64,000 nt of DNA from an uncultured virus (IMG/VR IMGVR_UViG_3300027156_000006) (lineage: Duplodnaviria; Heunggongvirae; Uroviricota; Caudoviricetes): the IMG/VR virus record IMGVR_UViG_3300027156_000006. The stretch is one strand, 5' to 3'. Below the pieces are notes generated by a model that did no database searches, was not told where the DNA came from, and saw only the letters and a program-made list of their open reading frames with translations. The position numbers and the translations under genes were made by a program. Shown one piece after another: positions 36,401-45,586 of the stretch; the first letter of the stretch is position 1; each line of letters opens with the position of its first letter.

Positions 36401-37139
36401 GGAGGTGCAAATTTCTGCCCTCTTTAATCAAGGGAATATTTTAGAGGACAGTTATAAAGAAGAATTCCTTGACTATGGCGATAACACGCAGGATTTAATT
36501 GCCACCATTGTTTATCGAGATACGGCGAATGATAAAGTTTTTCCTCAGAACACTAGCGTTCAAATTCATAAAGACGATGCGGAGTTTGATGAAAGCTTGA
36601 GCATTCGTCAAACCTTTGACTTATCTGCTTTTGTAAGCAGCAGAGAGCAAGCAATTAAATATGGCAAGCTTCTTTGTCAGCAACGTCGATATTCTCGTCG
36701 TGCCATTGAATTTAAGACATTCCCCACTGAAAGTCCAGTTGCTCCTGGTTCATATATTTACGTGCAGCTAGATCAAAACCAATGGGATGACATTAGAAGC
36801 GGCATCGTTGAAGAAGAAGGCAAGCTTAATATTCCACTGGCTGAAGAAGCTGTAAATGGCAGTTTTACCGTGCTGCTTTACAACGGCCAAGACTCGCCCA
36901 CAAAACTGTCTTCCGTTCCCATTGCTAATAACCAATCGTCTGAATTAGCGGGCTATGAAGGGTGGTTGTTTGTGCTTGGCATAGAGCTAACGAAAAAACG
37001 TGTTTTCCGCGTAACTGGTGTGTCAATGGAAGAAGAAGGAGAAATTACAATTAGTGCCGTCGAACATCAGTGCGACGAAATTGGAGGAGCTACGTTGTCT
37101 AAGATTGCTCATTTTGATGACGTCTTCTTAGTTGAATAG
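33435..37139 (+). CDS. tail tip / central hub protein (lambda J-like) with coiled-coil insertion
   Basis: 1234 aa; QEVARYGEPINLIY, ISALFNQGNI, IEFKTFP; synteny. Confidence 0.75.
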   Translation: MRKLLPYERALIDALQISEEEYWQFYLARLNYRDEKQGTILDVRMGTGAEWALAAAIVSIVGTVAQVAATLLAPKPEIPGQKMGSQSRNPFFAPRYGFNSLQEVARYGEPINLIYTNTDENKAAGGLRVNTSLVWSAVHSFGTSQYMQMLAVIGAGPVQSFDYGRTAFGQTPLRDLASQRYFLYANEAEGRLSFKDKKFPSDVSVASDPIYTTENDLICSVIKNGQNRAQGYSQAFSPTTSSSLGLYDVVPLRVQVEDRDDEGRLRQDSLGINVTEGRGIYWPSTWPSTGVRPSFPVGNRLTISFSEDDNKPTEQVQRAALDLRSAYIGVFDSASTYKIGAAKFKLVADNIRSGVDIEGTFIFECTESGVLCEEDYSTQRYQQNEEDLRRQKREAEELIATLNAEKGAAFAERFTGPGSDRIAAFDAELEEIDNAIESATAVLKGNLSNSELLNVIKDEGAFKDIRDTIDKIENEIKVLNDEIENLQDEISDILEIAPGSRTNRQKERLKEAKKEKKDKINKKKEKRVQLRDEFARLSTRAIEQGLYDSNKNTNLREERKALKARRRAITKKRTEVASAVDRDSSAEAVSQSAWTASYDAAVANLNQITRLLKNENSWNDYFNTKCIAKIDEIRYECVTKCEVVNFAFKAKVFQRIQGRMNKYAEEDQQGHKDSDNGVRNRTAMFWLWYKKSDEETYKLVPYVIGVRNGKELDTYVGLRFIAPSKEKWQFKLEPIVDLAAELRTRNNGADMPMIYLRTSGYGGSINGQTIDLGGGFSIVYKGKSAENTRRGIPPLNRAPKFVDEWGLFSLRSDTQISFSFESGAEINLVAVTEQQQQDLTDFTYKDISMLGLNIYSGQGVRDLRSLSAWVNKGKKVRKIIDVDGNYADVLSESTSYAPEIFLDSVLDKENGITAYANINGIDKKQLGISQQFCKVNELFMDGVIADPASWREFWSQVAPFSLLEFARIGGKETLIPAVPYDSRLYTISREVQISALFNQGNILEDSYKEEFLDYGDNTQDLIATIVYRDTANDKVFPQNTSVQIHKDDAEFDESLSIRQTFDLSAFVSSREQAIKYGKLLCQQRRYSRRAIEFKTFPTESPVAPGSYIYVQLDQNQWDDIRSGIVEEEGKLNIPLAEEAVNGSFTVLLYNGQDSPTKLSSVPIANNQSSELAGYEGWLFVLGIELTKKRVFRVTGVSMEEEGEITISAVEHQCDEIGGATLSKIAHFDDVFLVE

Positions 37140-37174
37140 AAACGTTGCTATCATAAACAAAAAGCTTTAAGACG

Positions 37175-37594
37175 ATGCCCTTTTATACCGGCCGTACTGG
37201 CAAGCTAAAGATTGGCACTAACCAAGTATCAAAAGTTCGCAACTGGACTCTTGATACTTCCGTAAACATGCTGGATACTACGGCTTTAGGGGATACTGCC
37301 AATACTTTCACTCCTGGCTTGTCTAGCGCCACTGGTAGCGCCACGTTGTCGTACTACAACGGCGATACCACTGATGTGACCGATCTTCTTACAAGGATTG
37401 CCAAAACTGGTGCGGTCACTGACGCTGACGTGGCTGCCCTCACTTTTGAAGTGGGACCGGATCAATACTTTACGGCTAATGCTTTCATTAACAGTGCAAG
37501 CATCACATCATCCACTGATGAGCTTACCACTGTCTCGTTTAACTTTACAATTAATGGCGCTCTAACTGCTGTTGTGCTTACTGGCACTGCTTGA
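37175..37594 (+). CDS. tail-tube-like structural protein
   Basis: KVRNWTLD...DTTALGD...SATGSA...VSFNFTING. Confidence 0.65.
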   Translation: MPFYTGRTGKLKIGTNQVSKVRNWTLDTSVNMLDTTALGDTANTFTPGLSSATGSATLSYYNGDTTDVTDLLTRIAKTGAVTDADVAALTFEVGPDQYFTANAFINSASITSSTDELTTVSFNFTINGALTAVVLTGTA

Positions 37595-37643
37595 TATGAT
37601 GCTGTTATTGTTCGTACAATAGAATAATCAATGCTGAGGCGAA

Positions 37644-38654
37644 ATGACATTCTTTGTTGGCCATACAGGCGCGATTAAGCTTCAGCGTGGTGGAGAGAAT
37701 GTTTTCACTGCTGCCATTTCGCCTGATGATGTTAATACCGCGTTAAACCGCTTTAGTTTTGACGATAGTGATAGGAACATAATTGCTGGAGATTTTTTAG
37801 AAATTAGCACGGAAGACCCTAGGGGCCTTCTGTTTATGCCCGCTTCTTTTTGGAGCGTTCCGGGGCCGGATGTTGATGGTTATAGCGAAGTGGTATGGAA
37901 TGATAATGCCACTGTTGGTTTAGCTGGATGGCAAGATGATGAGATGGGCTTTTCATCTGAATTACCTCCGGAGGGATACACTGAATATCGCATGAGTCCA
38001 TATCAAGTGCCAAAAAATGCACGGGCCTATGCTCACATTAATCAACTAGGAGGTATTCGCCTTTTTGATAGCTTTGAAAGTGCCATTAATAATGAGCGAG
38101 CAGATGAATATGCGTTGGCCCAGTTTTACGGCGAATCATTGCCAGTTACGATTGGAGTGAAAGACACTAGGTATAACACACTGGGCTCTGTTACATCGTT
38201 TGAAATAAATACTGACAGGGCTGCGATGGAGACGACAAGCTTGTCGGACACCTTTAAGCAGCAGTATTCAGCAGGATTACTCAGTGGCAATGGAAGCATC
38301 GAATGTTTGTTTAGTTATGACACTATTCCAAGACAGGACACACCACTATTCTTGCTGCAAGTTATTAACAGAATAAATATTGGCAGTGCATTTAAAGCTT
38401 TGCTTTCGATTTCGTCGGTAGATAGATCACCAAGCTTTAGAGAAGAAGTTTATTACGAAGTTGAGGCAGTTGTAACAAGGGCGGGTGTAACTGTAACGTC
38501 TGACGCCTTAGTGGCTTGTTCCATTGATTTTGTTACCACTGGGGAATTCAAGCTTCGCGTGGGAATACCAACTGAGTTCATCTTGAAAGAAGATGATGAT
38601 GCCATTTATCTTGAGCAAAGCCTTGATTATCTGCTGCAGGAACCCAGTGATTAA
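37644..38654 (+). CDS. structural protein with C-terminal tail-tube-like domain
   Basis: VTSFEINTDRAAMETTSLSD...GLLSGNGS...IDFVTTG. Confidence 0.6.
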   Translation: MTFFVGHTGAIKLQRGGENVFTAAISPDDVNTALNRFSFDDSDRNIIAGDFLEISTEDPRGLLFMPASFWSVPGPDVDGYSEVVWNDNATVGLAGWQDDEMGFSSELPPEGYTEYRMSPYQVPKNARAYAHINQLGGIRLFDSFESAINNERADEYALAQFYGESLPVTIGVKDTRYNTLGSVTSFEINTDRAAMETTSLSDTFKQQYSAGLLSGNGSIECLFSYDTIPRQDTPLFLLQVINRINIGSAFKALLSISSVDRSPSFREEVYYEVEAVVTRAGVTVTSDALVACSIDFVTTGEFKLRVGIPTEFILKEDDDAIYLEQSLDYLLQEPSD

Positions 38655-38730
38655 TTTAAGGGATGAGGGGGAGTCATAATAGCTATTATCGTTTAAGACT
38701 AGACTGTATTTAGCACTGCCTTTTTGAGAG

Positions 38731-41700
38731 ATGGCCGATCAAAGAATTACGGAACTCGTCGAACTTCCTCAGGGAGGCGTAGCTTCTAACGACGTACTAC
38801 CCATTTCGGACGTTAGCGCCAGTCAAACCAAGAAGGTGCAAGTGAAGAGCCTGATCCAGGCAGGCTTTAACATTGCTGACGCTTCAACTCTTGATATTTC
38901 AAAGATTAATCAAGCCAGTATTGCAAAACTTACTGGCTCTTCCATTGCCCCTAATACGCTCACTTATGACAAGATACAGCAAGTAAGCGCTAATAAGCTT
39001 CTAGGTCGCAGTAGTTCTACTGGCAATGTAGAAGAGATTGATTGCACTGTTTATATTCGCACTCTTCTTGATGATGCCAATGCTGCTGGTGCACGTTCCA
39101 CATTGGAATTGGGAATAGTTGCCACTGGCAACACTATCAATACCAGTCTTCTTGAAGACTTAAGCATTACCACTGGTAAGATCAATAATTTAGCAGTTAC
39201 GGCCGCAAAGCTTGCTAGCGGCGCGGTAGAAACAGCCAAGATTTTTGATGGTGCTGTCACTTCTGCAAAAATTGAAACCAGTGGCATTACAGGGAATAAT
39301 GTAAGTGCTGGCGCCATTGATACTGTTCATCTAGCTGCAAGTGGCATTACGCTTGCAAAAATGGCAGCCAATTCAGTTGGCACCATTCAATTAGTTGATA
39401 GTGGCATTACGCAGGCAAAATTGGCCAGTGGCGCCATCTCTTCAGCAAATATCGCCGACAGTGGCATCACGCAAATTAAGCTTGCTAGTGGCGCTGTAAA
39501 TACAATCAATTTGGTTGACAGTGGAATCACTGCCGCGAAATTAGCTTCCGGCGCTGTCACCATTGAAAAATTGGCGCTTGCTTCCGGCGAGCTATCGGGC
39601 GTAGTAATCACTGCGAGTTCCATTCCTTCTGGAAGCTATACAAGTGGTTCCATTCCAACTGCAGCCATTGAAGATAATGCCGTCACTTTTGCCAAGATTC
39701 AACAAGTGGCAAGTGGCGTGCTGCTTGGTCGAGCATCTGCTGGTAGCGGCAACGTAGAAAGCATCACACTTACTGCGGCAGGCAGGGCATTGTTGGATGA
39801 TGCTGATGCCACTGCACAGCGCACTACGCTTGGACTTGGTTCGTTAGCCGTAAAAAATACAGTAGGAAGTGGAGATTATGACTCTTCTTCCATTGTCACT
39901 GGAAACATTGCCGACAGTGCAATCACCACTGCAAAGCTTGCTGATAGTGGCGTTACTACTGTCAAAATTGTAGATGCAAACGTTACGGCAGACAAGCTTG
40001 CTAGTAATTCTGTTACTACAGCCAAGATTATTGACGGTGGCGTTACAACTGCCAAGATTGCTGACGGAGCTGTTTCTTACGCAAAAATTCAAGCCACTTC
40101 TACAAGCAATGTGTTGCTTGGTCGCTCTTCAGCAAGTGGCGGTACTGTAGAAGAAATCTCTTGCACTTCTGCGGCGCGTTCTATTCTTGATGATGCAACT
40201 ATTGCTGATATTCGCTCCACTCTTGGTCTTGGCACATTAGCCACGCAAAACGGCACCTTTACTGGTACGTCCACTGGTACTAATACTGGCGACCAGACCA
40301 TCACGCTTTCTGGAGATGTTACAGGCACTGGCACAGGGGCGTTTGCTGCCACTATCGCCACTTCTGCAGTCACTTCAGCAAAGATTAATGACGGGGCTGT
40401 TACCACTGCAAAAATTGCGGATGGTGCTGTTACCAGCGCCAAGATGGCGAATAATTCTGCTGCCATTGTTGCTGGCTCCACTCCTGTTGGTAGTGGCATC
40501 TTTATTGGCCAGCAATGGCTAAATACTGGCACTGGCGTTGAATACACTTGGACGGGAAGTGAATGGCAGCGACAGTCTGGTCTTTCCACTGCTGTCATCT
40601 CTGGCGACACTGTTTACAGCTTTACCACCTCCTATCCTGATGCCTTCAGTGCATCCATTGTTCCTTCGTTAAACACGCAAGTTGCCACGCGCTTCTTTGC
40701 TGGTCCTGCAAGCGGCAGTGCTGATGCTGCTCCGACTTTCCGTGCCATCACCGCCAATGATCTTCCTAGGGCTACCACGGCAGCATTAGGCGTAGCTCAA
40801 GCTGGTACGGGCCTAGTAACTGTCAGCGGCATCTTTAACCACGCGAATAGCGTGGCGTCTGGCATCTATTACAAAGTAACAGTGGATGCACAGGGGCACG
40901 TTAGTGCTGGTCAGACAAGCTTGGTTGCGGATGACATTCCGTCTCTTCCTGCAAGCAAAATTACTACTGGCACATTTGGTAGTGGCTTAATTGCGGATGA
41001 TTCCATTCTTGCTTCTAAACTTGCAAACTATTCAGTGAGTCAGTTTGGCGAAGCACCGCCGGTTGCTGATTTTATTGGACAATTCTTCTTCAATCCATTG
41101 GAGAAAGACCTTTACTTATGGGATGGTAACGTTTGGAACCCTGTTGGCATTAGCGTTGGCGAAATCATCTTTGGTGGCACATATAACGCAAGCGGAAATA
41201 TTATTGCTAGCACCAGTAGCGATGGTGCTGCTGTTGGTTTAACCGTTGGGCAACCACTTCCCACTCCTTCTGCCACGTTTAATCGTTATTACGTGGTGGT
41301 AGCAAGCGGTGGTACTGGCACTTCGCCTGCTCCTGCTACTACTTTGCAGCCGCCCGACATTCTGCTTTGCAATGGTGCTGCTTGGACTGAAGTGGATGTT
41401 AGCTCCACTTATCTTTCGCAGAGCGCTGCGCAGGTGTCCTTTACTCCTGCTGCAAGCATTTCTGCAAGCAACGTACAAGCTGCCATTGAAGAAGTTAGCA
41501 ACGAATGTAGGAATGTTAATAACGTAGCGAGCGGCATTCTTGCCACTGGTTATGGCGGAACAAGCTTTAATTCCTACACGAAGGGTGATCTTCTTGTTGG
41601 CAGTGGAACCACTCTTGTCAAGCAAGCAGTGGGAACAAATGGGCAAGTATTGACGGCTAATTCTGCGTTTGGTGGCGGTGTTCAGTGGGTGACGCCTGCA

Positions 41701-42279
41701 AGTGGCACAGTTCTTTCAGTGAGCGTTAATGCTCCGCTCACTGTTGTTAGCGGCACCACAACGCCAGTTATTTCCATCCCTGACGCTACGACAAGCGTGC
41801 GTGGCACCGTTCAGCTCACTGACAGCACGAGCACTACTAGCTCTACGCTTGCTGCCACTGCCACTGCAGTAAAGAGCGCTTATGACCTGGCTAATGCAGC
41901 ATTGCCCAAAGCTGGTGGGACTATTACTGGTGCCGTTACATTCGGGACGACAGGCACGCTTTTCTTTGAGGGCGCCACTGATAACGCTTTTGAAATTCAG
42001 CTTACTGCTGCTGATGCCACGGCGGACAGGACAATCACGCTTCCCAACGTCACTGGCACTGTTGTCACTACTGGTGATACTGGCACAGTCACCAATACAA
42101 TGCTTGCTGGCAGCATTGCTGATACCAAACTTAATACTATTTCCACCGCTGGAAAAGTTAGTAATAGCGCCACCACTGCTACCAGCGCTAACACTGCTAG
42201 CGCAATTGTCGCTCGCGATGCAAGTGGTAATTTCTCTGCTGGTACTATTGATGCCATCATTGATGAAGGCACGTTCTAA
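38731..42279 (+). CDS. long tail fibre protein with 10-residue repeats
   Basis: Many DSGITxAKLA / DGAVTTAKIA repeats; RTLLDDA...RSTLGLG repeats. Confidence 0.8.
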   Translation: MADQRITELVELPQGGVASNDVLPISDVSASQTKKVQVKSLIQAGFNIADASTLDISKINQASIAKLTGSSIAPNTLTYDKIQQVSANKLLGRSSSTGNVEEIDCTVYIRTLLDDANAAGARSTLELGIVATGNTINTSLLEDLSITTGKINNLAVTAAKLASGAVETAKIFDGAVTSAKIETSGITGNNVSAGAIDTVHLAASGITLAKMAANSVGTIQLVDSGITQAKLASGAISSANIADSGITQIKLASGAVNTINLVDSGITAAKLASGAVTIEKLALASGELSGVVITASSIPSGSYTSGSIPTAAIEDNAVTFAKIQQVASGVLLGRASAGSGNVESITLTAAGRALLDDADATAQRTTLGLGSLAVKNTVGSGDYDSSSIVTGNIADSAITTAKLADSGVTTVKIVDANVTADKLASNSVTTAKIIDGGVTTAKIADGAVSYAKIQATSTSNVLLGRSSASGGTVEEISCTSAARSILDDATIADIRSTLGLGTLATQNGTFTGTSTGTNTGDQTITLSGDVTGTGTGAFAATIATSAVTSAKINDGAVTTAKIADGAVTSAKMANNSAAIVAGSTPVGSGIFIGQQWLNTGTGVEYTWTGSEWQRQSGLSTAVISGDTVYSFTTSYPDAFSASIVPSLNTQVATRFFAGPASGSADAAPTFRAITANDLPRATTAALGVAQAGTGLVTVSGIFNHANSVASGIYYKVTVDAQGHVSAGQTSLVADDIPSLPASKITTGTFGSGLIADDSILASKLANYSVSQFGEAPPVADFIGQFFFNPLEKDLYLWDGNVWNPVGISVGEIIFGGTYNASGNIIASTSSDGAAVGLTVGQPLPTPSATFNRYYVVVASGGTGTSPAPATTLQPPDILLCNGAAWTEVDVSSTYLSQSAAQVSFTPAASISASNVQAAIEEVSNECRNVNNVASGILATGYGGTSFNSYTKGDLLVGSGTTLVKQAVGTNGQVLTANSAFGGGVQWVTPASGTVLSVSVNAPLTVVSGTTTPVISIPDATTSVRGTVQLTDSTSTTSSTLAATATAVKSAYDLANAALPKAGGTITGAVTFGTTGTLFFEGATDNAFEIQLTAADATADRTITLPNVTGTVVTTGDTGTVTNTMLAGSIADTKLNTISTAGKVSNSATTATSANTASAIVARDASGNFSAGTIDAIIDEGTF

Positions 42280-42353
42280 TCATTAGAAAACAAAAGCCTT
42301 TTAGAATTGCAAGAGACTAATTTGTCTCCTGTAATTCTGGAAGGCTTTTAATT

Positions 42354-44141
42354 ATGGCTGGTGTTCTTCAGCATCTGCGTTCATCGACGCTTAACAAGCG
42401 CCCTAATCCTGCGTCCATGGTTGATGGACAATTGGCCATTAACTATGCAAGTGGTAGTCCTGGAGCATTCTTTAAGGATACCAATGGTAATTTAGTGAAA
42501 GTGGGGCCTGTGCATGTTGGCGCAACGGCTCCTAATGTTAGTCCTGCAAGTGGCGGCACTGCTGGTAATAGCCTTGGCGAGCAATGGCTTGATACCAGTG
42601 GCGGCACTTATGTGTTTAAGATTTGGGACGGTGCTGCATGGCGCAGTGAGGCTGGTGAGTTTGTAAACGTCACTGGCGACACGATGACTGGTGCGTTTGG
42701 TGTTGTCGCGGGCTCAGATTCCACGCCAGGACTATTTATTAGCGGGGACGCAAATACTGGTATTTACTCTCCTGGTGCAGACCAGCTAGCTCTAACCACT
42801 AATGGCACTGGGCGACTGTTTATTGACAGTTCAGGTCGTGTAGGGATTGGCACTACGAGCCCCGCATCAAAACTCGACGTATCTGGAGACATAAATTATT
42901 CGGGCGATATAGGCACAAGCGGAAATGGCTTTATTTACTCCTACGGTGGAGGATCGCTTGGTGATGTCCGAACTGGACTTAAGCTTGATGGACAAAATAA
43001 AGCTTTCTTAGTTTTCACTGATGCTTTAGAACGCGCCCGCATCGACAGCTCCGGCAGGCTCTTAGTTGGTACGTCTACTGCGGATACAGCAAATGGCACG
43101 GCGCCTTTGCAAATCAGCACTGAAGGTAATACCGCAGATAGCGGAATCTTTATCCGCAACAGTAGTTCAGTAGCCTTTGCGGCTCAATTAAGGCTTGGTA
43201 GTTCTCGCGGAACCAAAGCAAGCCCCTCAAGCGTGGCAAGCGGAGATACTCTTACTGAGATTCATGGAGCGGGATACGACGGCAGCGCCTGGATTCGTGC
43301 TGCAAGCATAGGAGTTGTTGTAGACGGCACCCCTGGCACTAGTGACATGCCAGGCCGAATCATACTGAGCACGACCTCCGACGGGGCGAGTACTCCAACG
43401 GAGCGGATGAGGATTGGGAGTACTGGACGAGTTACTATTCAGAACAATACTGGTTCTTACGATGCCGGAGGCAGCGGTCCTGGCCTAGAAATATTTGCTG
43501 GCCAGGAAGTTGGTCGCTATTCATATCACTTCGGAGCTTACGTTACTGGGGGCGCAATTGGTCCTTATATTAGAAGCGCACAAAACAGTAATTGGGCATC
43601 ACCAGTTAATCTCGCTATTTTACATAATACTGGCTCATCATTTTGGTCAAACTTACTACCTGCAACAGATAATACTTATTCTTGTGGGGGATCAGCAGCT
43701 CGCTGGACAGCTATTTGGGCTGTCAACGGAGCCATCCAAACATCAGATATTCGTGACAAAACGGAAATTCGGCCTATTGAAAATGGTATTGATTTTATCA
43801 AGCGCCTCCGGCCTATTACCTACAAATGGAAGATTGGTGGATATGAAATAGAGCGCGATGAAGACGGTGCTCCCATTCCAGACGAAAACGGAAATCCAAG
43901 GCAGCATCCCGTTCCCGGTAATCGTACGCACTGGGGATTTGCATCTCAAGAGGTCAAGACAGTCGCCGACGAGTTCGGTATTGACTTTGGCGGATGGGTG
44001 TTAACCGATAAAAACGATCCCGACAGCCAGCAGGCTCTGCGTTACGACCAGTTCATTGCACCGCTGACCAAGGCTCTGCAGGAGGCGTTGGCTGAGATCG
44101 ACGTACTTAAGGCCAAAGTTGCAGCTCTTGAAAGCGCGTAG
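42354..44141 (+). CDS. tail fibre with C-terminal peptidase S74 intramolecular chaperone
   Basis: GRVGIGTTSP, ERARIDSSGRLLVGT, TSDIRDKTEI...LRPITYKW...LRYDQFIAPLTKALQE. Confidence 0.88.
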   Translation: MAGVLQHLRSSTLNKRPNPASMVDGQLAINYASGSPGAFFKDTNGNLVKVGPVHVGATAPNVSPASGGTAGNSLGEQWLDTSGGTYVFKIWDGAAWRSEAGEFVNVTGDTMTGAFGVVAGSDSTPGLFISGDANTGIYSPGADQLALTTNGTGRLFIDSSGRVGIGTTSPASKLDVSGDINYSGDIGTSGNGFIYSYGGGSLGDVRTGLKLDGQNKAFLVFTDALERARIDSSGRLLVGTSTADTANGTAPLQISTEGNTADSGIFIRNSSSVAFAAQLRLGSSRGTKASPSSVASGDTLTEIHGAGYDGSAWIRAASIGVVVDGTPGTSDMPGRIILSTTSDGASTPTERMRIGSTGRVTIQNNTGSYDAGGSGPGLEIFAGQEVGRYSYHFGAYVTGGAIGPYIRSAQNSNWASPVNLAILHNTGSSFWSNLLPATDNTYSCGGSAARWTAIWAVNGAIQTSDIRDKTEIRPIENGIDFIKRLRPITYKWKIGGYEIERDEDGAPIPDENGNPRQHPVPGNRTHWGFASQEVKTVADEFGIDFGGWVLTDKNDPDSQQALRYDQFIAPLTKALQEALAEIDVLKAKVAALESA

Positions 44142-44161
44142 TCCACATCGCTACTAGCTCT

Positions 44162-44191
44162 GGCGGTTTCCCGAAGAAACCGCCTTCTTTT
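44162..44191 (+). terminator. intrinsic terminator
   Basis: GGCGGTTTC-CCGAA-GAAACCGCC-TTCTTTT. Confidence 0.8.
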
Positions 44192-44227
44192 CCATTGCTA
44201 AACTAACGAAGACCATTCTTTCTGATC

Positions 44228-44539
44228 ATGGCAATTACTTACACATGGGCGGTGGCCAATATGGACCGCACGCTTTCAAATGGTTACGTGGGCACTGTTC
44301 ACTATACAATTTCTGCCGATGATGGCACCTATGCAAGTTCGGCCTATGGCAGTCTTGGTCTTGAAGCTCCTGACGAGGACAATGCCATTCCTTACGCTCA
44401 GCTCACTCCCGAAATTGTCATCGGCTGGGTGAAAGAAAAGTTTGGCGATGAGAAAGTAGCAGAAATTGAAGCTGCTCTTGCCGTTCAAATTGAACAGCAA
44501 CGTACTCCCACCACTGGCACTGGTCTTCCTTGGGCTTGA
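44228..44539 (+). CDS. tail-fibre-associated small protein
   Basis: TWAVANMDR...IPYAQLT...GWVK...GLPW pattern common next to fibre genes. Confidence 0.7.
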   Translation: MAITYTWAVANMDRTLSNGYVGTVHYTISADDGTYASSAYGSLGLEAPDEDNAIPYAQLTPEIVIGWVKEKFGDEKVAEIEAALAVQIEQQRTPTTGTGLPWA

Positions 44540-44542
44540 TAA

Positions 44543-44683
44543 ATGGCAGCAAAATCAAAGATTGGTATTAGCGGTCAAAAGCTACATCAAGCTGGCAAGC
44601 CAAAGCTTACAAAGCAAGGCCAAGGAAAACATAGCAAAGCATCTCACGGCCGCAAACTTTCTCGCGGCCAAGGCAAGGGATGA
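44543..44683 (+). CDS. 46-aa basic protein ending RGQGKG, absent from the ORF track
   Basis: MAAKSKIG...KPKLTKQGQGKHSK...RKLSRGQGKG. Confidence 0.65.
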   Translation: MAAKSKIGISGQKLHQAGKPKLTKQGQGKHSKASHGRKLSRGQGKG

Positions 44684-44757
44684 TTATTTCAAGGAGCGTT
44701 AGCTCCTTTTTTAATGGCAAGAACAAAGCTATAATGAAGCTAATTAGCCAGTGAGCA

Positions 44758-45330
44758 ATGATTTATCCAGCCACTTATGACATAGTGGTATTGCAAAATG
44801 CCACTTGGAAAAATCAGTTTAGAGCCACTGAAAACCAGAAGCAAACAACAATTGATATTTCTGGAAGCACATTTACTACTAGCTGCCATGGCTTTAACAG
44901 TGGTCAGAAAGTGGTATTTGCTGGAGGCGCATTACCTTGCGGGATGACTGACAATACTGTCTACTATGTCATTGCAAGTGGTTTAACTAACGATTCTTTC
45001 AAAGTGTCAGCTTCTTCTGGGGGAACAAGCCTAGCTCTTCATGGTACCGCTAGTGGTACGCATTACGTGAGCACTCCCATTAATTTAAGTGGATATACTG
45101 TTGATTCTGATATTCGCGGGCTTCTTGAAAATCAATATGTGGGCACTTTCTCTCCATCGTTAATTGATGCAGCAAATGGTTTGTTTCAGCTTGAACTTTC
45201 TCCTGCCACCACTTCTGGCTTTGAAACTGGACAGTTTGGTTATGACGTGAGTCTCACTTCATCTGGAGGCGAGCGATATTATTGGCTTACTGGCAAGATG
45301 ACTGTTCAAGCCACTTATTCACGCGCTTAA
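44758..45330 (+). CDS. putative virion structural protein
   Basis: PATYDIVVLQNATW...PINLSGY...YDVSLT...YWLTG. Confidence 0.65.
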   Translation: MIYPATYDIVVLQNATWKNQFRATENQKQTTIDISGSTFTTSCHGFNSGQKVVFAGGALPCGMTDNTVYYVIASGLTNDSFKVSASSGGTSLALHGTASGTHYVSTPINLSGYTVDSDIRGLLENQYVGTFSPSLIDAANGLFQLELSPATTSGFETGQFGYDVSLTSSGGERYYWLTGKMTVQATYSRA

Positions 45331-45334
45331 TTTC

Positions 45335-45586
45335 ATGCCGGAAGTATCTCTCATTTCGACTGCTAATGGCAGTGTTGCATTAATTGGCGAAAATAATACA
45401 GGGTCTAGCGCCATCTTTTCTAGCGATGATGGCAATGCTGTTATCGTCAGTGCTTCAAGCACTAATGCAGCTATCATTAATAGTGATTCCGTTGCTTCTT
45501 CTATGGTGGTTGCGTCTTCAGTTGGAGCGCAAGGACCACAAGGAGACAACGATAACGCTATTGCTTATTCCATTGCTTTAGGATGA
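45335..45586 (+). CDS. small putative structural protein
   Basis: GAQGPQG and C-terminal AIAYSIALG. Confidence 0.55.
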   Translation: MPEVSLISTANGSVALIGENNTGSSAIFSSDDGNAVIVSASSTNAAIINSDSVASSMVVASSVGAQGPQGDNDNAIAYSIALG